A DNA stretch of 63,692 bases from Leucoraja ocellata. Lineage: Eukaryota. The stretch is from assembly GCA_036785375.1 (NCBI GenBank), contig JAWMAR010002335.1:62309-126000 (forward strand), read 5' to 3'. The notes under the pieces are model-generated. The model was given only the letters and a program-made list of their open reading frames with translations. It did not search any database and was not told the origin of the DNA. Position 1 is the stretch's first letter. Every line of letters begins with the position of its first letter. Shown one piece after another: positions 39,015 to 52,434 of the stretch. Position numbers and translations under genes: made by a program.

Positions 39015-39290
39015 CACACTGCCACACAGTTGCACAGATCCAGGTTCGATCCTTACCTCTGGAGCTGTCTGTGTGGAGGTTGCCACCGCGTAGATTTACT
39101 CCGGGGGCTCCGGTTTCGTACCACATCCCAAAGATATACGGATCTGTAGGTGTAATGGGCTGTGTAGTATTGCCTTTTATATGTTCGATGTGGATGAGAG
39201 TGGGATAACAATAAACTAGTGTGAACAGCAGGTCGATGTTCACCATGGACTCGTTAGGCACAAGGGCCTGTATCCATGCGGCATCTTAAA
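39015..39290 (+). mobile_element. Degenerate V-SINE
   Basis: caggttcgatcct B-box-like motif, ctccggtttc..ccacatcccaaaga core. Confidence 0.7.
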
Positions 39291-39444
39291 AATTACAATT
39301 AAATATAGTCACAAGGATAGATACCTAAAAGGGCTATTTCCATTAATTCTCATGAATGCTTCTCTTGCACTGCTCACTCTTCTACGCCCAAAATATTCTC
39401 AGGTCATTGAAAATGTAGACCATGAAGATCGTGTTAAATCCAGT

Positions 39445-41320
39445 AACCATATAACAATTACAGCACGGAAACAGGCCATCTCGACCCTTCTAGTCCGTGC
39501 CGAACACGTATTCTCCCTATGTCCCATACACCTGCGTTCAGACCATAACCCTCCATTCCTTTCCCGTCCATATAACTATCCAATTTATTTTTAAATGATA
39601 AAAACGAACCTGCTTCCACCACCTTCACTGGAAGCTCATTCCACACAGCCACCACTCTCTGAGTAAAGAAGTTCCTCCTCATGTCACCCCTAAACCTTTG
39701 TCCCTTAATTCTCAAGTCATGTCCTCTTGTTTGAATCTTCCCTACTCTCAGTGGGAAAAGCTTATCCACGTCAACTCTGTCTATCCCTCTCATCATTTTA
39801 AAGACCTCTATCAAGTCCCCCCTTAACCTTTTGCGCTCCAAAGGATAAAGCCCTAACTTGTTCAACCTTTCTCTGTAACTTAGTTGCTGAAACCCAGGCA
39901 ACATTCTAGTAAATCTCCTCTGTACTCTCTCTATTTTGTTGACATCCTTCCTATAATTAGGCGACCAAAATTGTACACCATACTCCAAAATTGGCCTCAC
40001 CAATGCCTTGTACAATTTTAACATTACATCCCAACTTCTATGCTCAATGCTCTGATTTATAAAGGCCAGCACACCAAAAGCTTTCTTTACCACCCTACCT
40101 ACATGAGATTCCACTTTCAGGGAACTGTGCACAGTTATTCCTAGATCCCTCTGTTCAACTGCATTCTTCAATTCCCTACCATTTACCATGTACGTCCTAT
40201 TTTGATTTGTCCTGCCAAGATATAGCACCTCACACTTATCAGCATTAAACTCCATTTGCCATCTTTCAGCCCACTCTTCCAACTGGCATAAATCTCTCTG
40301 TAGACTTTGAAAATCTACTTTGTATGCGTGTGGTACACCAGCTGCACAGCGGCTCAGAGGAAAGCGCTCCAGAGGGCCATTGACAACGCCCAGAGGATTG
40401 TCGGCTGCCCTCTCCTTACCTTGGAGGACTTACACAGTTCCCGCTGCACCAAAAAATCCCAGAATATCATAAAGGACATTTCCCACCCCGGACACTCCCT
40501 GTTTGAACTGTTGCCGTCAGGCAGACGGTACAGATCTACAAGGACAAGGACAAATAGATTAAAAAACAGTTTTTACCCCACTGCTATAAAAGCACTAAAT
40601 GTAGCCGCCAAGGAACGCAGGGGCGATACAGACTAAGGGACTGGTACACTGTGAAATCGACAGAAGGATGGAGGGTTGGGTGTGTATGCGTGCTTTGTTC
40701 GTGATATTTATTTAGTTGTTTATCTTTTAATATTTTACCTTGTATGTATCGTTAGCTTTTAGAAATGTTTGAATGCTGCACTGACTGGCTGACATTTTAA
40801 ATTTCGTTGTTCATGGTTCATGTTACAATGACAATAAAGAAACGATTCTATTCTACTATTCTACTTCATTATCCACAACCCCACCTATCTTAGTATAATC
40901 TGCATACTTACTAATCCAATTTACCACACCATGATCCAGATCATTGATGTACCTGACAAACAACAGTGGACCCAACACAGATCCCTGTGGAACCCCACTA
41001 GTCACCTGCCTCCAACCTGACAAACAACCATCCACCATTACTCTCTGGCATCTCCCATTCAGCCACTGTTGAATCCATCTTGCTACTCCTCCATTAATCC
41101 CCAACCATTGAACCTTCTTAACCAACCTTCCGTGAGGAACCTTGTCAAAGGCCTTACTGAAGTCCATATATACAACATCCACTGCTTTACCCTCATCAAT
41201 TTTCCGAGTAACCTTTTCAAAAAATTCAAGAAGATTAGTCAAACATGACCTTCCAGGCACAAATCCATGTTGACTGTTCCTAATCAGACCCTGTTTATCT
41301 AGATGCTTATATATTATAAA
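39445..41320 (-). mobile_element. CR1 LINE (RT to 3' end) split by a Rex1-like insertion at 40321-40859 (+)
   Basis: ORFs 39458-40282 and 40856-41428 are contiguous ORF2; tctactt is duplicated at 40314-40320 and 40860-40866. Confidence 0.9.
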
Positions 41321-41884
41321 GAGGCATAAACATTGGCCAGAGGAAGCAGCAACCCGGAGGACTGGGAGACATTTAGAATTCAACAGAGGAGGACATTGAG
41401 GGGGGAAATAGAGCATGAAAGAAAGCATGCGGAGAATTTAACAACTGACTGTAAAATCTTTTAAAGATATGTGAAGAGGAAGAGATTAGTGAAGGCAAAT
41501 ATAGGTCCCTTACAGTCAGAAACGGGTGGATTTATAATGGGAATTTATAATGGGAAACATGAAAAGGTAGACCAGTTAAACGAGTACTTTAGTTTTGTCT
41601 TCACTAAGGACGACACAAACAATCTCCCGGAAAAAACTAGGGGAGCGAGGATCTACTGGCAGGCAGTGACTAGTGGGGTGCCGCAAGGATCGCTGCTGGG
41701 ACCCCCGTTGTTTACAATATATATTAATGATTTAGATGATGGAATTAAATGAAACAATAAGTTTGCGGGTGACGCAATGCTGGGTGGTAGTGTGGGCTGC
41801 GAGGAAGATTCTATGAGGCTGCGGGGTGACTTGTATAGGTTAGTTGAGTGGGAAGAAGCACGGCAGTGCTGTTTAATGTGGATT

Positions 41885-44800
41885 AATAGTAAGATTAAAC
41901 GAGAACTTACCAGCTTGAAGTTTGATCTTTATTTTATGAGGAGTTACGATGAGGGATTACGTGAAGACCCCGCCAGCACGCATGCGCGAAATTCTACAAA
42001 GCAGCGGTGTGGAATCACAGTAATAATAATTGAAATAAACATAGTAAGATAAGAAGAACTAGGATACCAGTTGACCGTTATAATAGAGGGTGGGAGCGGA
42101 GGGCACGTAATCCCTCATCGTAACTCCTTATAATATAAAGATCAAACTTCAAACTGGTAAGTTCTCGTTTATCTTACTATTTTACTTCGGAGTCACATGA
42201 GTGACTACGTGAAGATTTTAAAGATCTGTGATTTCATGCCGTGGAAACGAGTCCATGCTTCACTCACTGCCTTAGTTGACCAGGGGAAGAAGTATGTTAT
42301 CGTATTCAGACATGAATAATGATGATAGTAACCTCCCTCACCTGGGAGGAACTATGAACAGAACTTAACATAGAGTTTGTAAATTCCCAAGATCTGGTAA
42401 TGGGTTAGTACTAAATGTGTGGAAAATTGCTAGATTGACCATCCTGCAACTGCTAGGATGTGGTCCCGCTAACTTCCATGACCCTGCTGCTGAGGTTGTT
42501 GTAGCCTTGGTGGATTTGAAATGTCAGTATTTACTCCTGTATAAGCCAGACCCATAATCACCTGAAGATGGTCTGAAGTGATACCTTCTTTTGAGGGTAG
42601 ATGTAACTAACAATATTGCTAGTTCAGAGTCTCTAGGCTCTTGTGATCTAACATTATGGTGTATATGTGTGACCATACACAATCGAAGCTTCATGGGATA
42701 TGTGAACATCTAGTTAGAGATCTGGTGCCCCTGGTCTATACTGCTTGACTAAGTCATAACATAAGTGTTATTTAGCCTGCAGATATAATCATCCTGTCCA
42801 GTCAACGTTTATGAAATGACTCGACCCGTAGTGCTGCATGCAGGTCTATGAGCATAACCACCTATAAGTGAGTTAGCCCAAGGACAGGGATGTAGCAGGA
42901 GCCCTTCAGCGAAGCGACGTGGCACAACGTTAACACCCCATATCACTGCGTCCCTAGGCCTGGGAGGTTTCGAGTTGCTGATTTCCTTCATAATCTAGAA
43001 CTCAGAGGGTGAGCCCCCCAGAGTGGATTCTACTCCTCCCAGCCAGTATGATGAAGCACTTTAGGTATGGTAGATGGCACTTTAGACATCATGATTTGTC
43101 AAGCCCTCATATGAGCCTGAACTATAAGACGTCAGTCATCGTGCCAAATATGTAATATAATTATAAAACAAATACCTCCCATCTCCTTATGCGGAAATAT
43201 TGTTATTTTTTGGTGCAATCCCTGCGATCTAAGGGGCAGAAAACGCTGAAGGAAATGAAACACTAAGGGGCAGAAAACGCTGGTGGGTGTTGTGTACAGG
43301 CCACCTAACAGTAGTAGTGAAGTTGGAGATTGTATCAAACAGGAAATTAGAAATGCATGCGACAAAGGCAAAACAGTTATAATGGGTGACTTCAATCTAC
43401 ATATAGATTGGGTGAATCAAATTGGCAGGGGTGCTGAGGAAGAGGATTTCTTGGAATGTATGTGGGATAGTTATCTAAATCAACATGTAGAGGAACCAAC
43501 GAGAGAGCAGGCTATTTTAGACTGGGTATTGAGTAATGAGGAAGGGTTAGTTAGCAATCTTGTTGTACGTGCCCCCTTGGGCAAGAGTGACCATAATATG
43601 GTTGCGTTCTTCATTAGGATGGAGAGTGACATTGTTAATTCAGAAACAATGGTTCTGAACTTAAAGAAAGGTAACTTTGAGGGTATGATACGTGAATTGG
43701 CCAAGATTGACTGGCAATTAATTCTAAAAGGGTTGACGGTGGATATGCAATGGAAGACATTTAAAGACTGCATGGATGAACTACAAAAATTGTTCATCCC
43801 AGTTTGGCAAAAGAATAAATCAGGGAAGGTAGTACATCCATGGATAACAAGGGAAATCAGGGGTAGTATCAAAGCGAAGGATGATGCGTACAAATTAGCC
43901 AGAAAAAGCAGCATACCGGAGGACTGGGAGAAATTCAAAGACCAGCAGAGGAGGACAAAGGGCTTAATTAGGAAAGGAAAAATAGATTATGAAAGAAAAC
44001 TGGCAGGGAACATAAAAACTGACTGCAAAAGTTTTTATAGATATGTGAAAAGAAAGAGATTAGTTAAAACAAATGTAGGTCCCTTGCAGTCAGAAACAGG
44101 TGAGTTGATCATGGGTAACAAGGATATGGCGGACCAATTGAATATCTACTTAGGTTCCGTCTGCACTAAGGGAGACATAAATAATTTGCCGGAAATAGCA
44201 GGGGACCGCGGGTCAAAGGAGTTGGAGGAATTGAGTGAAATCCAGGTTAGCCGTGAATTGGTGTTGGGTAAATTGAATGGATTAAAGGCCGATAAATCCC
44301 CAGGGCCAGATAGGCTGCATCCCAGAGTACTTAAGGAAGTAGCTCCAGAAATAGTGGATGCATTAGTAATAATCTTTCAAAACTCTTTAGATTCTGGAGT
44401 AGTTCCTGAAGATTGGCGGGTAGCAAACGTAACCTCACTTTTTAAGAAGAGAGGGAGAGAGAAAATGGGGAATTACAGACCAGTTAGTCTAACATCGGTA
44501 GTGGGGAAACTGCTAGAGTCAGTTACTAAAGATGGGATAGCAGCACATTTGGAAAATGGTGAAATCATTGGACAAAGTCAGCATGGATTTACGAAAGGTA
44601 AATCATGTCTGACGAATCTTATAGAATGTTTCGAGGCTGTAACTAGTAGCGTGGATAGGGGAGAACCAGTGGATGTGGTGTAACTGGACTTCCAGAAGGC
44701 TTTCGACAAGGTCCCACATAAGAGATTAGTATACAAACTTAAAGCACATGGCATTGGTGGTTCAGTATTGATGTGGATAGAGAACTGACTGGCAAACAGG

Positions 44801-47800
44801 AAGCAAAGAGTAGGAGTAAACGGGTCATTTTCACAATGGCAGGCAGTGACTAGTGGGGTACCGCAAGGCTCAGTGCTGGGATCCCAGCTATTTACAATAT
44901 ATATTAATGATCTGGATGAGGGAATTGAAGGCAATATCTCCAAGTTTGCGGATGACACTAAGCTGGGGGGCAGTGTTAGCTGTGAGGAGGATGCTAGGAG
45001 ACTGCAAGGTGACTTGGATAGGCTGGGTGAGTGGGTAAATGTTTGGCAGATGCAGTATAATGTGGATAAATGTGAGGTTATCCATTTTGCTGTCAAAAAC
45101 GGGAAAGCAGACTATTATCGAAATGGTGGCTGATTGGGAAAGGGGGAGATGCAGCGAGACCTGGGTGTCATGGTACACCAGTCATTGAAGGTTGGCATGC
45201 AGGTGCAGCAGGCAGTAAAGAAAGCGAATGGTATGTTAGCTTTCATTGCAAAAGGATTTGAGTGTAGGAGCAGGGAGGTTCTACTGCAGTTGTACAGGGT
45301 CTTGGTGAGACCACACCTGAAGTATTGCGTACAGTTTTGGTCTCCAAATCTGAGGAAGGACATTATTGCCATAGAGGGAGTGCAGAGACGGTTCACCGGA
45401 CTGATTCCTAGGATGTCAGGACCGTCTTATGAAGAAAGACTGGATAGACTTCGTTTATAGTCTCTAGAATTTAGGAGATTGAGAGGGGATCTTATAGAAA
45501 CTTACAAAATCCTTAAGGGGTTGGACAGGCTAGATGCAGGAAGATTGTTCCCGATGTTAGGGAAGTCCAGGACAAGGGGTCACAGCTTAAGGATAAGGGG
45601 GACATCCTTTAAAACCGAGATGAGAAGAACTTTTTTCACACAGAGAGTGGTGAATCTCTGGAACTCTCTGCCACAGAGGGTAGTTGAGGCCAGTTCATTG
45701 GCTATATTTAAGAGGGAGTTAGATGTGGCCCTTGTGGCTAAGGGGATCAGGGGGTATGGAGAGAAGGCAGGTACGGGATACTGAGTTGGATGATCAGCCA
45801 TGATCATATTGAATGGCGGTGCAGGCTCGAAGGGCCGAATGGCCTACTCCTGCACCTAATTTCTATGTTTCTATCTGCAGCGAGCACGTTCATGGTCGGT
45901 TTAACAACCCCAGTCGCAGGAACGGTCTTCTCAGTCTCTGTAAGTCAAAGAATTGATTATATCATGCTGAGGACAGTTTCCCGCGTCACGGCAAGACCAA
46001 TACTTGTGTCTAGAATAACCATATATGGTTCTATCATTCCCCACATCAGTGGGAACCATGGCTGGCTAAGCCCGGCAGGCACTATAAAAATGCTTGAGGC
46101 GGGAACTTGCTGAATTTTGCAAACCCGTCTGATGAGGCAGAAATGGAGGAAGACATAAAAGAACATTCCTCCTTAGTGTAGCTAGAATGTAACCATCGCT
46201 ACTGACATGCCACATATTTTCCACTGCTGATTGAGCCTCGATGGAAGCTTCTTGGTCTTTAATGTTGACAATGTATTTTAATACTTTGTGATACAACACC
46301 CATATTGTGTACCATAATGAGGTTTGGGTAAACTATCACCGGATATTTTGACTTGTTTGCACCCATGTCATCAGACATTTGCCACCACCGAAGTGTATCA
46401 ACTTGGACTAGAGCATGCAGATTAGGCATATTCGCATAAACCTTTAATCCACAGAATGCACTCAGTGTCTATAGGTAGTTGATACCATGTAACTGAGGAA
46501 TTGGTAACTCTCCCATCCACATCTGTAACTAGATGGCATGAGCAATTTCTCATCCTGAACAATAGCATCAGTTTGTAATTTAACTGAAGATTTACTGATT
46601 TAGTGGAGTAGCATAGAGCTGGTAACAATGACCACATGGTACTTGAGTGCTTACTTCTTTTGCATGCTGTATTGTTTTGATTGTGCAAAAGCCCAATTAG
46701 CACAGCTGTAAGCCAATTATACTTGATGAACAGAAGGCTGTTTGATCAGGTTTGTTACGGGTTTCAATTAATTTCAATCCTTTACCTCAGGGCGGAGTCC
46801 CAGATGATTAATAGAGTTAAAGGTAATCACAATAATCAATAATTTCAGTTGGTATCAACTTAAATTTATCTGGACAGATGAGAACCCAATTTCTCAAATG
46901 GGTTTGTGGCTGATACAGCTAACTTTGCAAAATACAGCGTTTAAATCTCATCCAGATAGTTCTTAACAATATTTTTTAGCTCTGAGCTGCCGAAGCATTC
47001 ATTTAGTAAATAACCTGGGAGCTGGTTTCCCTATTTTGCTATATCATTGCCCCATCCAGTTAAATTTCAGATATTTCCGGCGCACTGTGAATGAAGCTGA
47101 CCCCATGGGAATTAATAGTCACAAAGTTTCAATGTCTATACTACACATGCGAGTTGGGCTTGTTGATAATAAGCAGGCCTCATCTGTCATTATAGCGAAT
47201 CTGCCTAAAGAGGCAACTCCAGCCATATTCCGAGACTGTCTCGCTTGTACTGTGCAGTATAAACTATCTCTTCCAACCTTCATGTAAATGGTCCACAACA
47301 CTACGTTTCGGAAAAACCCAGACCCACCTACCGTCATGGCTACCGGTGGTTTTATGGTAAGCCCAAAAGGCCCCCGATGCGGGTTTGATTTCCATCCTTG
47401 ATTGGAGCATAGGGCTGCTGGTGTATGTGGACCCAATGTCTTTCCAGGTGCATGGTATCTCCCAGCCGGCACCTGTTCCTCGGACATGCTTCCGAGTTCA
47501 GAGTCAGTTGCCAACTGACCCCTCGCACTCACCTTCGCAGAAGGGAGTTTTGTAGGCAGCCCTGAAAAGGGTGTGGCCACAGGCTCTCGAGGAGACCTGC
47601 GCTGATATGGCCCTCCCTGGCCAATCAGATGGGTAAAACATCCGAGGCCGAACCCATGTTGGAGGGGACCCTCTTGGCCTGACCTCCGTCACTGACTTCA
47701 GTCAGCCTTAACCTCGTGTGCATCATTTTGCACATTCTGCTCCTGGGAGGAAGAGAAGCTTCGATTACGGGGTTGGCGCATCTTCCAGAGTCAGCCCAGA

Positions 47801-48476
47801 AGTGTTTCTTAATGCTCCCCTCTGTCGAGGGAGATGCATTATGCAGCCCTCTATGAGGTGCAGCCATGGGTGTCCTAGGACCCCATGGTGACTAAACTCC
47901 ATATACTGGAGCATGTCACGTTGGAGCATTTGCTCCATCAACCGCTCCATGCGGGATATGCGATCACAGTCTTCACAGCCCGACTCCCTTCGGTCTGTCC
48001 GACTTCTGCTTGGACTTCCCGCCAGTCTGTGATGTCCATATGGACTGTGCAGGTGCCAGGTCGGAGAATGATGATCGATTAGCGGTCCAGGTGTAGCCAA
48101 CCGCTGCTGACTGCCCGCACTCCCGTGGTCCTCCGCAGTCAGTCTCCATTTGGACTTAGTCCATGGTTCCTTTCCTGTAACACATCCTCACAGAAATAGA
48201 ACTAAACAACCTGAGAGTAAAGAATTTTCCCGCAGTTCCTGTTTTAAACCTTCTGCTGCGGGGGCAACGCTCCGGGCTTTAGCAGGACCTTTAAACAGAG
48301 GTTCCTGCAGGAAGATAAAACCTGGAAAAATTAAAAAAAAAACTTACCTTCAGGGCTGACTGCTGGCAGGAGAATCGCGCCTGCCAGCCAGTCGTTGCGC
48401 AATGCGATAGACGATATAACGCGCATGCGTGCTGGCGGGGTCTTCACGTAGTCACTCACGTGACTCCAAAGTAAAA
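41885..48476 (-). mobile_element. DIRS1-type tyrosine-recombinase retrotransposon, both termini and ICR intact, ORFs decayed
   Basis: Left ITR begins TTTTACTTTGGAGTCACGTGAGTGACTACGTGAAGACCCCGCCAGCACGCATGCGC (48476 downward); right ITR plus extension at 41885-41988; ICR at ~42104-42215 complementary to both ends. Remnants of RT (RKYLKFNWMGQ, APRLFTK ~47000-47080), methyltransferase-like domain (FYVFLHFCLI..V.KIQQ...IVP....QPWFP, 45957-46166) and tyrosine recombinase (..ST.A.TTSAA...DHILAVAGWS ~42435-42520). Confidence 0.9.
43229..45874 (+). mobile_element. 5'-truncated CR1/HER1 LINE inserted in the DIRS element
   Basis: Endonuclease (GVVYRPPNS, IMGDFN, SDHN) through RT to the 3' tail; a few nonsense mutations. 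Confidence 0.93.
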
Positions 48477-49018
48477 TCCAAAACAAGAAGGCAGATTATT
48501 ACCTGCATGGTGTCAGATTATGAGAAGAGGATGTGCAAGAGACCTGGCTGTGCTTGTACATCAGTCACTGAAAGTAAGCCTGCAGGTACAGTATACAGTG
48601 AAGAAAGCTAATGGCATGTTGGCCTTCATAGCGAGAGGATTTGAGTTTAGATGTTCTACTGCAGTTGTACAGAGCCCTGGTGAGACCGCACCTGGAGTAT
48701 TGTGTGCCATTTTGATCCCCTAATTTGAGGAAGGACCTTATTGCTATTGCGTGAGTGCAGCATAGGTTCACCAGGTTAAACCCGGGATGACGGGACTGAC
48801 GTATGATGAAAGAATGCGTTGACTGGACTTGTATTTGCTGTAATTTAGTAGGATGAGAGGGGATCTTATAGAAACATATAACATTATTAGAGCACTGGAC
48901 AGGGTAGATGCAAACATGATGGTCTCGATGTTGGGGGAGTCCAAAACCAGGGTCACTGTTTAAGATTAAGGGATAGGCCATTTAGGACTGAGATGAAGAA
49001 AAACTTTTTCACCTGGAG

Positions 49019-50190
49019 AGACAATAGACAATAGGTGCAGGAGGAGGCCATTCAGCCCTTCGAGCCAGCACCACCATTCAATGTGATAATGGCTGATCAT
49101 CCCCAATCAGTACCCCGTTCTTGCCTTCTCCCCATATCCCCTGACTCCGCTATTTTTAAGAGCCCTATCTAGCTCTCTCTTGACAGCATCCAGAGAACCG
49201 GCCTCCACCGCCCTCTGAGGCAGAGATTTCCACAGACTCACCACTGTCTGTGCTAAAAAGTGTTTCCTCGTCTCTGTTCTAAATGGCTTACTCCTTATTC
49301 TTAAACTGTGTCCTCTGGTTCTGGACTCCCCCAACATCGGGAACATGTTTCCTGCCTCTTGCATGTCCAAACCCTTAACAATCATATGTTTCAATGAGAC
49401 CCCCTCTCATCCTTCTAAACTCCAGAGTATACAAGCCCAGCAGCTCCATTCTCTCAGCATATGACAGTCCCACCATCCCGAGAATTAACCTTGTAAACCT
49501 TGTAGCCATGATCATATTGAATGGCGGTGCAGGTTCGAAGGGCCGAATGGCCTACTCCTGCACCTATTTTCTATTTTCTAAACCTACGCCGCACTCCCTC
49601 AATAGCAAAAATGTCCTTCCTCAAATTAGGGGAACAAAACTGCACACAGTACTCCAGGTGTGGTCTCACTCGGGCTCTGTACAACTGCAGAAGGACCTCT
49701 TATCACCAACCTATCCACGATTTCTAGAGCCACTTCCTTAAGTACCCTGGGATGCAGACCATCAGGCCCTGAGGATTTATCAGCCTTTAGTCCCATCAGT
49801 CTATCCAACACCATTCCCTGCCTAATATGGATTTCTTTCAGTTCCTCCATCACCCCAGTACCTATGACCACTACTATATCCGGAAGATTGTTTGTGTCCT
49901 CCTTAGTGAAGACAGATCCAAAGTATCTGTTCAACTCATCTGCTATTTCTTTGTTCATGAGAGGTGTGAATCTGTGGGATTCTCTGCCAGAGGAGGCAGT
50001 GGAGTTCAAGTCACTGGATGTTTTCAAAGAAGGTTAGATTTAGCCCTTAGTGTTAACGAATTCTAGGGATATGGAGAAAATGCTGGTACAGATTTTGGAT
50101 GATCTGCAATTATCATCTTGAATGGTGGTACTGGCTCGAAGGGCCGAATGGCCTACTACTGCACATTAATTTCTAAGTTTCTATGTTTCT
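49019..50190. mobile_element. Patchwork of CR1 fragments in both orientations
   Basis: CR1 C-terminal and ORF2 motifs with (agacaat)n and (ctatgttt)n tails. Confidence 0.8.
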
Positions 50191-51423
50191 AAACTGTAAT
50201 CTGAGATCGAACGGCCCAGTCATGCGATTCATCTGTAACCTTTTGTCTGCCTATGTAATATTAAATTCATTTAAATTCGGTAACATATCGATCATCTTCC
50301 CCATTTCTTCTACAAGACTACATATCCATTACATCAAAGTGGGGAAAACTTAATTAACTTTATTAACGCCTCAAACTTCCCTCTAATTGTTTGTGTTTAT
50401 GTGGCTCAGCAGAGATAGTCCTTATTAAAATAAGAATGCGCATTGAATAAATGATAAAATTACTAATAGCATAAGGAATTAATGCATTTTCAATTCTGCC
50501 GAATCAGAATATCCACCCTCTTCTACAGACAAAACATTTCATTGTGAATGATGGGCAAGAGGTCACAATGTAACTGAAAGGAAACACCTGTGTCGGTCGT
50601 GCTGCTAAATTAATGAGGCACTTTCAGTCTGCTGCTCAAACACTGAAAACTCAGATGGTGAAAAACAACGAACAAAATAAAAAACTACCTAGCAACAGAT
50701 CTCGCAAATTCCAGCTACCAATCTCATTGGTTGCATGCTGCATCATTTCAGTTAAATTGTCAGGAGTATCCATTCTGATCATGTAAATCCCGGCTACTGT
50801 GTTTGATTGGGATTAGCTTTCACGTTTACAGTGGGATCAATGTCTCTTAGATTCTGTATGGAATCTGTTTAGAGATTATCTGACACAGAGTTATAATGTA
50901 GTTCATATGGTGGGTATGATTCTAGTCACACACCACACAGGTAGTGACCTGAGTAAAAATGAGTAAAATACCGAATGGATGTTTCCCTTTGCACACTGCA
51001 GCCGAGTACATGAAGTGAGCGCTTCTGCGTGAAGGTCACTGCGTGATATAATGTAGGCGTGCGTGAAAATGTAAAACATATCTGGGATGATCAGTGGGGT
51101 CCATGTTCTTTAGCCAGAACACACAAACGTTTTAAAAATCGACAAATGCTGCGATCCATGTGTTCCCCCGCCCATTGTATATTTCAATTTGTTTTAGCAA
51201 ATGAATGCACCGCAATGCAACAAAATCAATGATTCAATGATACTTTATTGCCGCATGCAGCTAGATGCAATGAAATTCTTTAGGTTTGCATACAATCTAG
51301 TTAAATCGCACAGCAGACCTCACCTAGGCAGTGCACAAAGAGTCGCCATGTTTCTGGCACCATGAAAGTTACAAACTGTCTATCGAACAAACATCGATGA
51401 CAGTTCAGTCAAAAGTCAATTTC

Positions 51424-52434
51424 AAGTCAACTTCCTGAAACAATATTTACAAGCATACCAAACTTTAAACTGTAGACTGATTGGAAGATGCAATGAACAA
51501 TAAGGCTGAATCAAGGAAATTAATATCATATTTATACAATAGTATCTTAAATATAGAATTACCACAGACAGAGGCACTTAGAGAAGAATGGGATGAGAAC
51601 TACTGATAAAAATCCCAAAAGAAACTTGGGAAAAACACTTGATATATATACATAAATGTTCGATTAAAGCAAGACATAATTTAATTCAATTTAAAATTCT
51701 ACACAGATGAAATTATTTGAAAACTAGATTGCACAAGTTCTACCCAAATACTTTCCCCATTTGTGATAAATGTTTATCTCAGAATGCCACTATAGCACAC
51801 TCTTTTGTTTTTTGTATAAAATTACACAAATTTTGGAGAGAAATCTTTGACATTTTCACAAAATTACTTAAGATAAAACTTGATCCTAACACTGAATTGA
51901 TTATATTTGGATTACTGGAACTCGAGAATAAATTGACTATGTTTCAAAAATCATTCCTTAATTATGGTTTAATAACGGCAAAAAAACGTATACTGACATT
52001 TTGGAAAAATACATCGATACCAACACTTAAAATGTGGATTTCAAACATGTTGGAAACCCTACATCTTGAAGAAATACGATTCCTCCTAACAGACAAAGTA
52101 GACCAATTCCAAAGGATTTGGTGTCCATTTGTCGACTTCTTACAAGCAAATGGTGCAACACAAACGTAGAAACGATCCGTTTCAGGACTGGGTGAATGGT
52201 GGTCAGGAATAACAAATCTCTCCTTTATTTTTCTGCTTTCTTCATCTGCTTTCCTCTTCATTTTCTTTCTTTTCTCATTTTCCTTTTCTCACTTTCTGAT
52301 ATCACACACTTCTCTATTTTTTTCTATACTTTTTCTGTCTCCTTTTCATTGTTAAAATAAAAATAATAAGAAGCTGTACATGAATTGTAACATGCCAATA
52401 TATACCATATTATTGTACTTGCATCTAATTTTAA
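51424..52434 (+). mobile_element. L1-clade LINE 3' fragment (zf-RVT / CCHC region) with a 13-bp TSD
   Basis: LIQFKILHR...CDKC....ATIAHSFVFC..L.KFW; TSD aaaagtcaatttc at 51411-51423 and 52435-52447; empty site in copy A near 38615. Confidence 0.9.

Larger units (their letters stand above)
41330..49018 (+). mobile_element. Old CR1 LINE (41330-41884 and 48477-49018) that hosts the DIRS insertion
   Basis: The RT sequence stops at ...taatgtggat (41884) and resumes at aaaacaagaaggcagattatt (48480). Confidence 0.75.
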
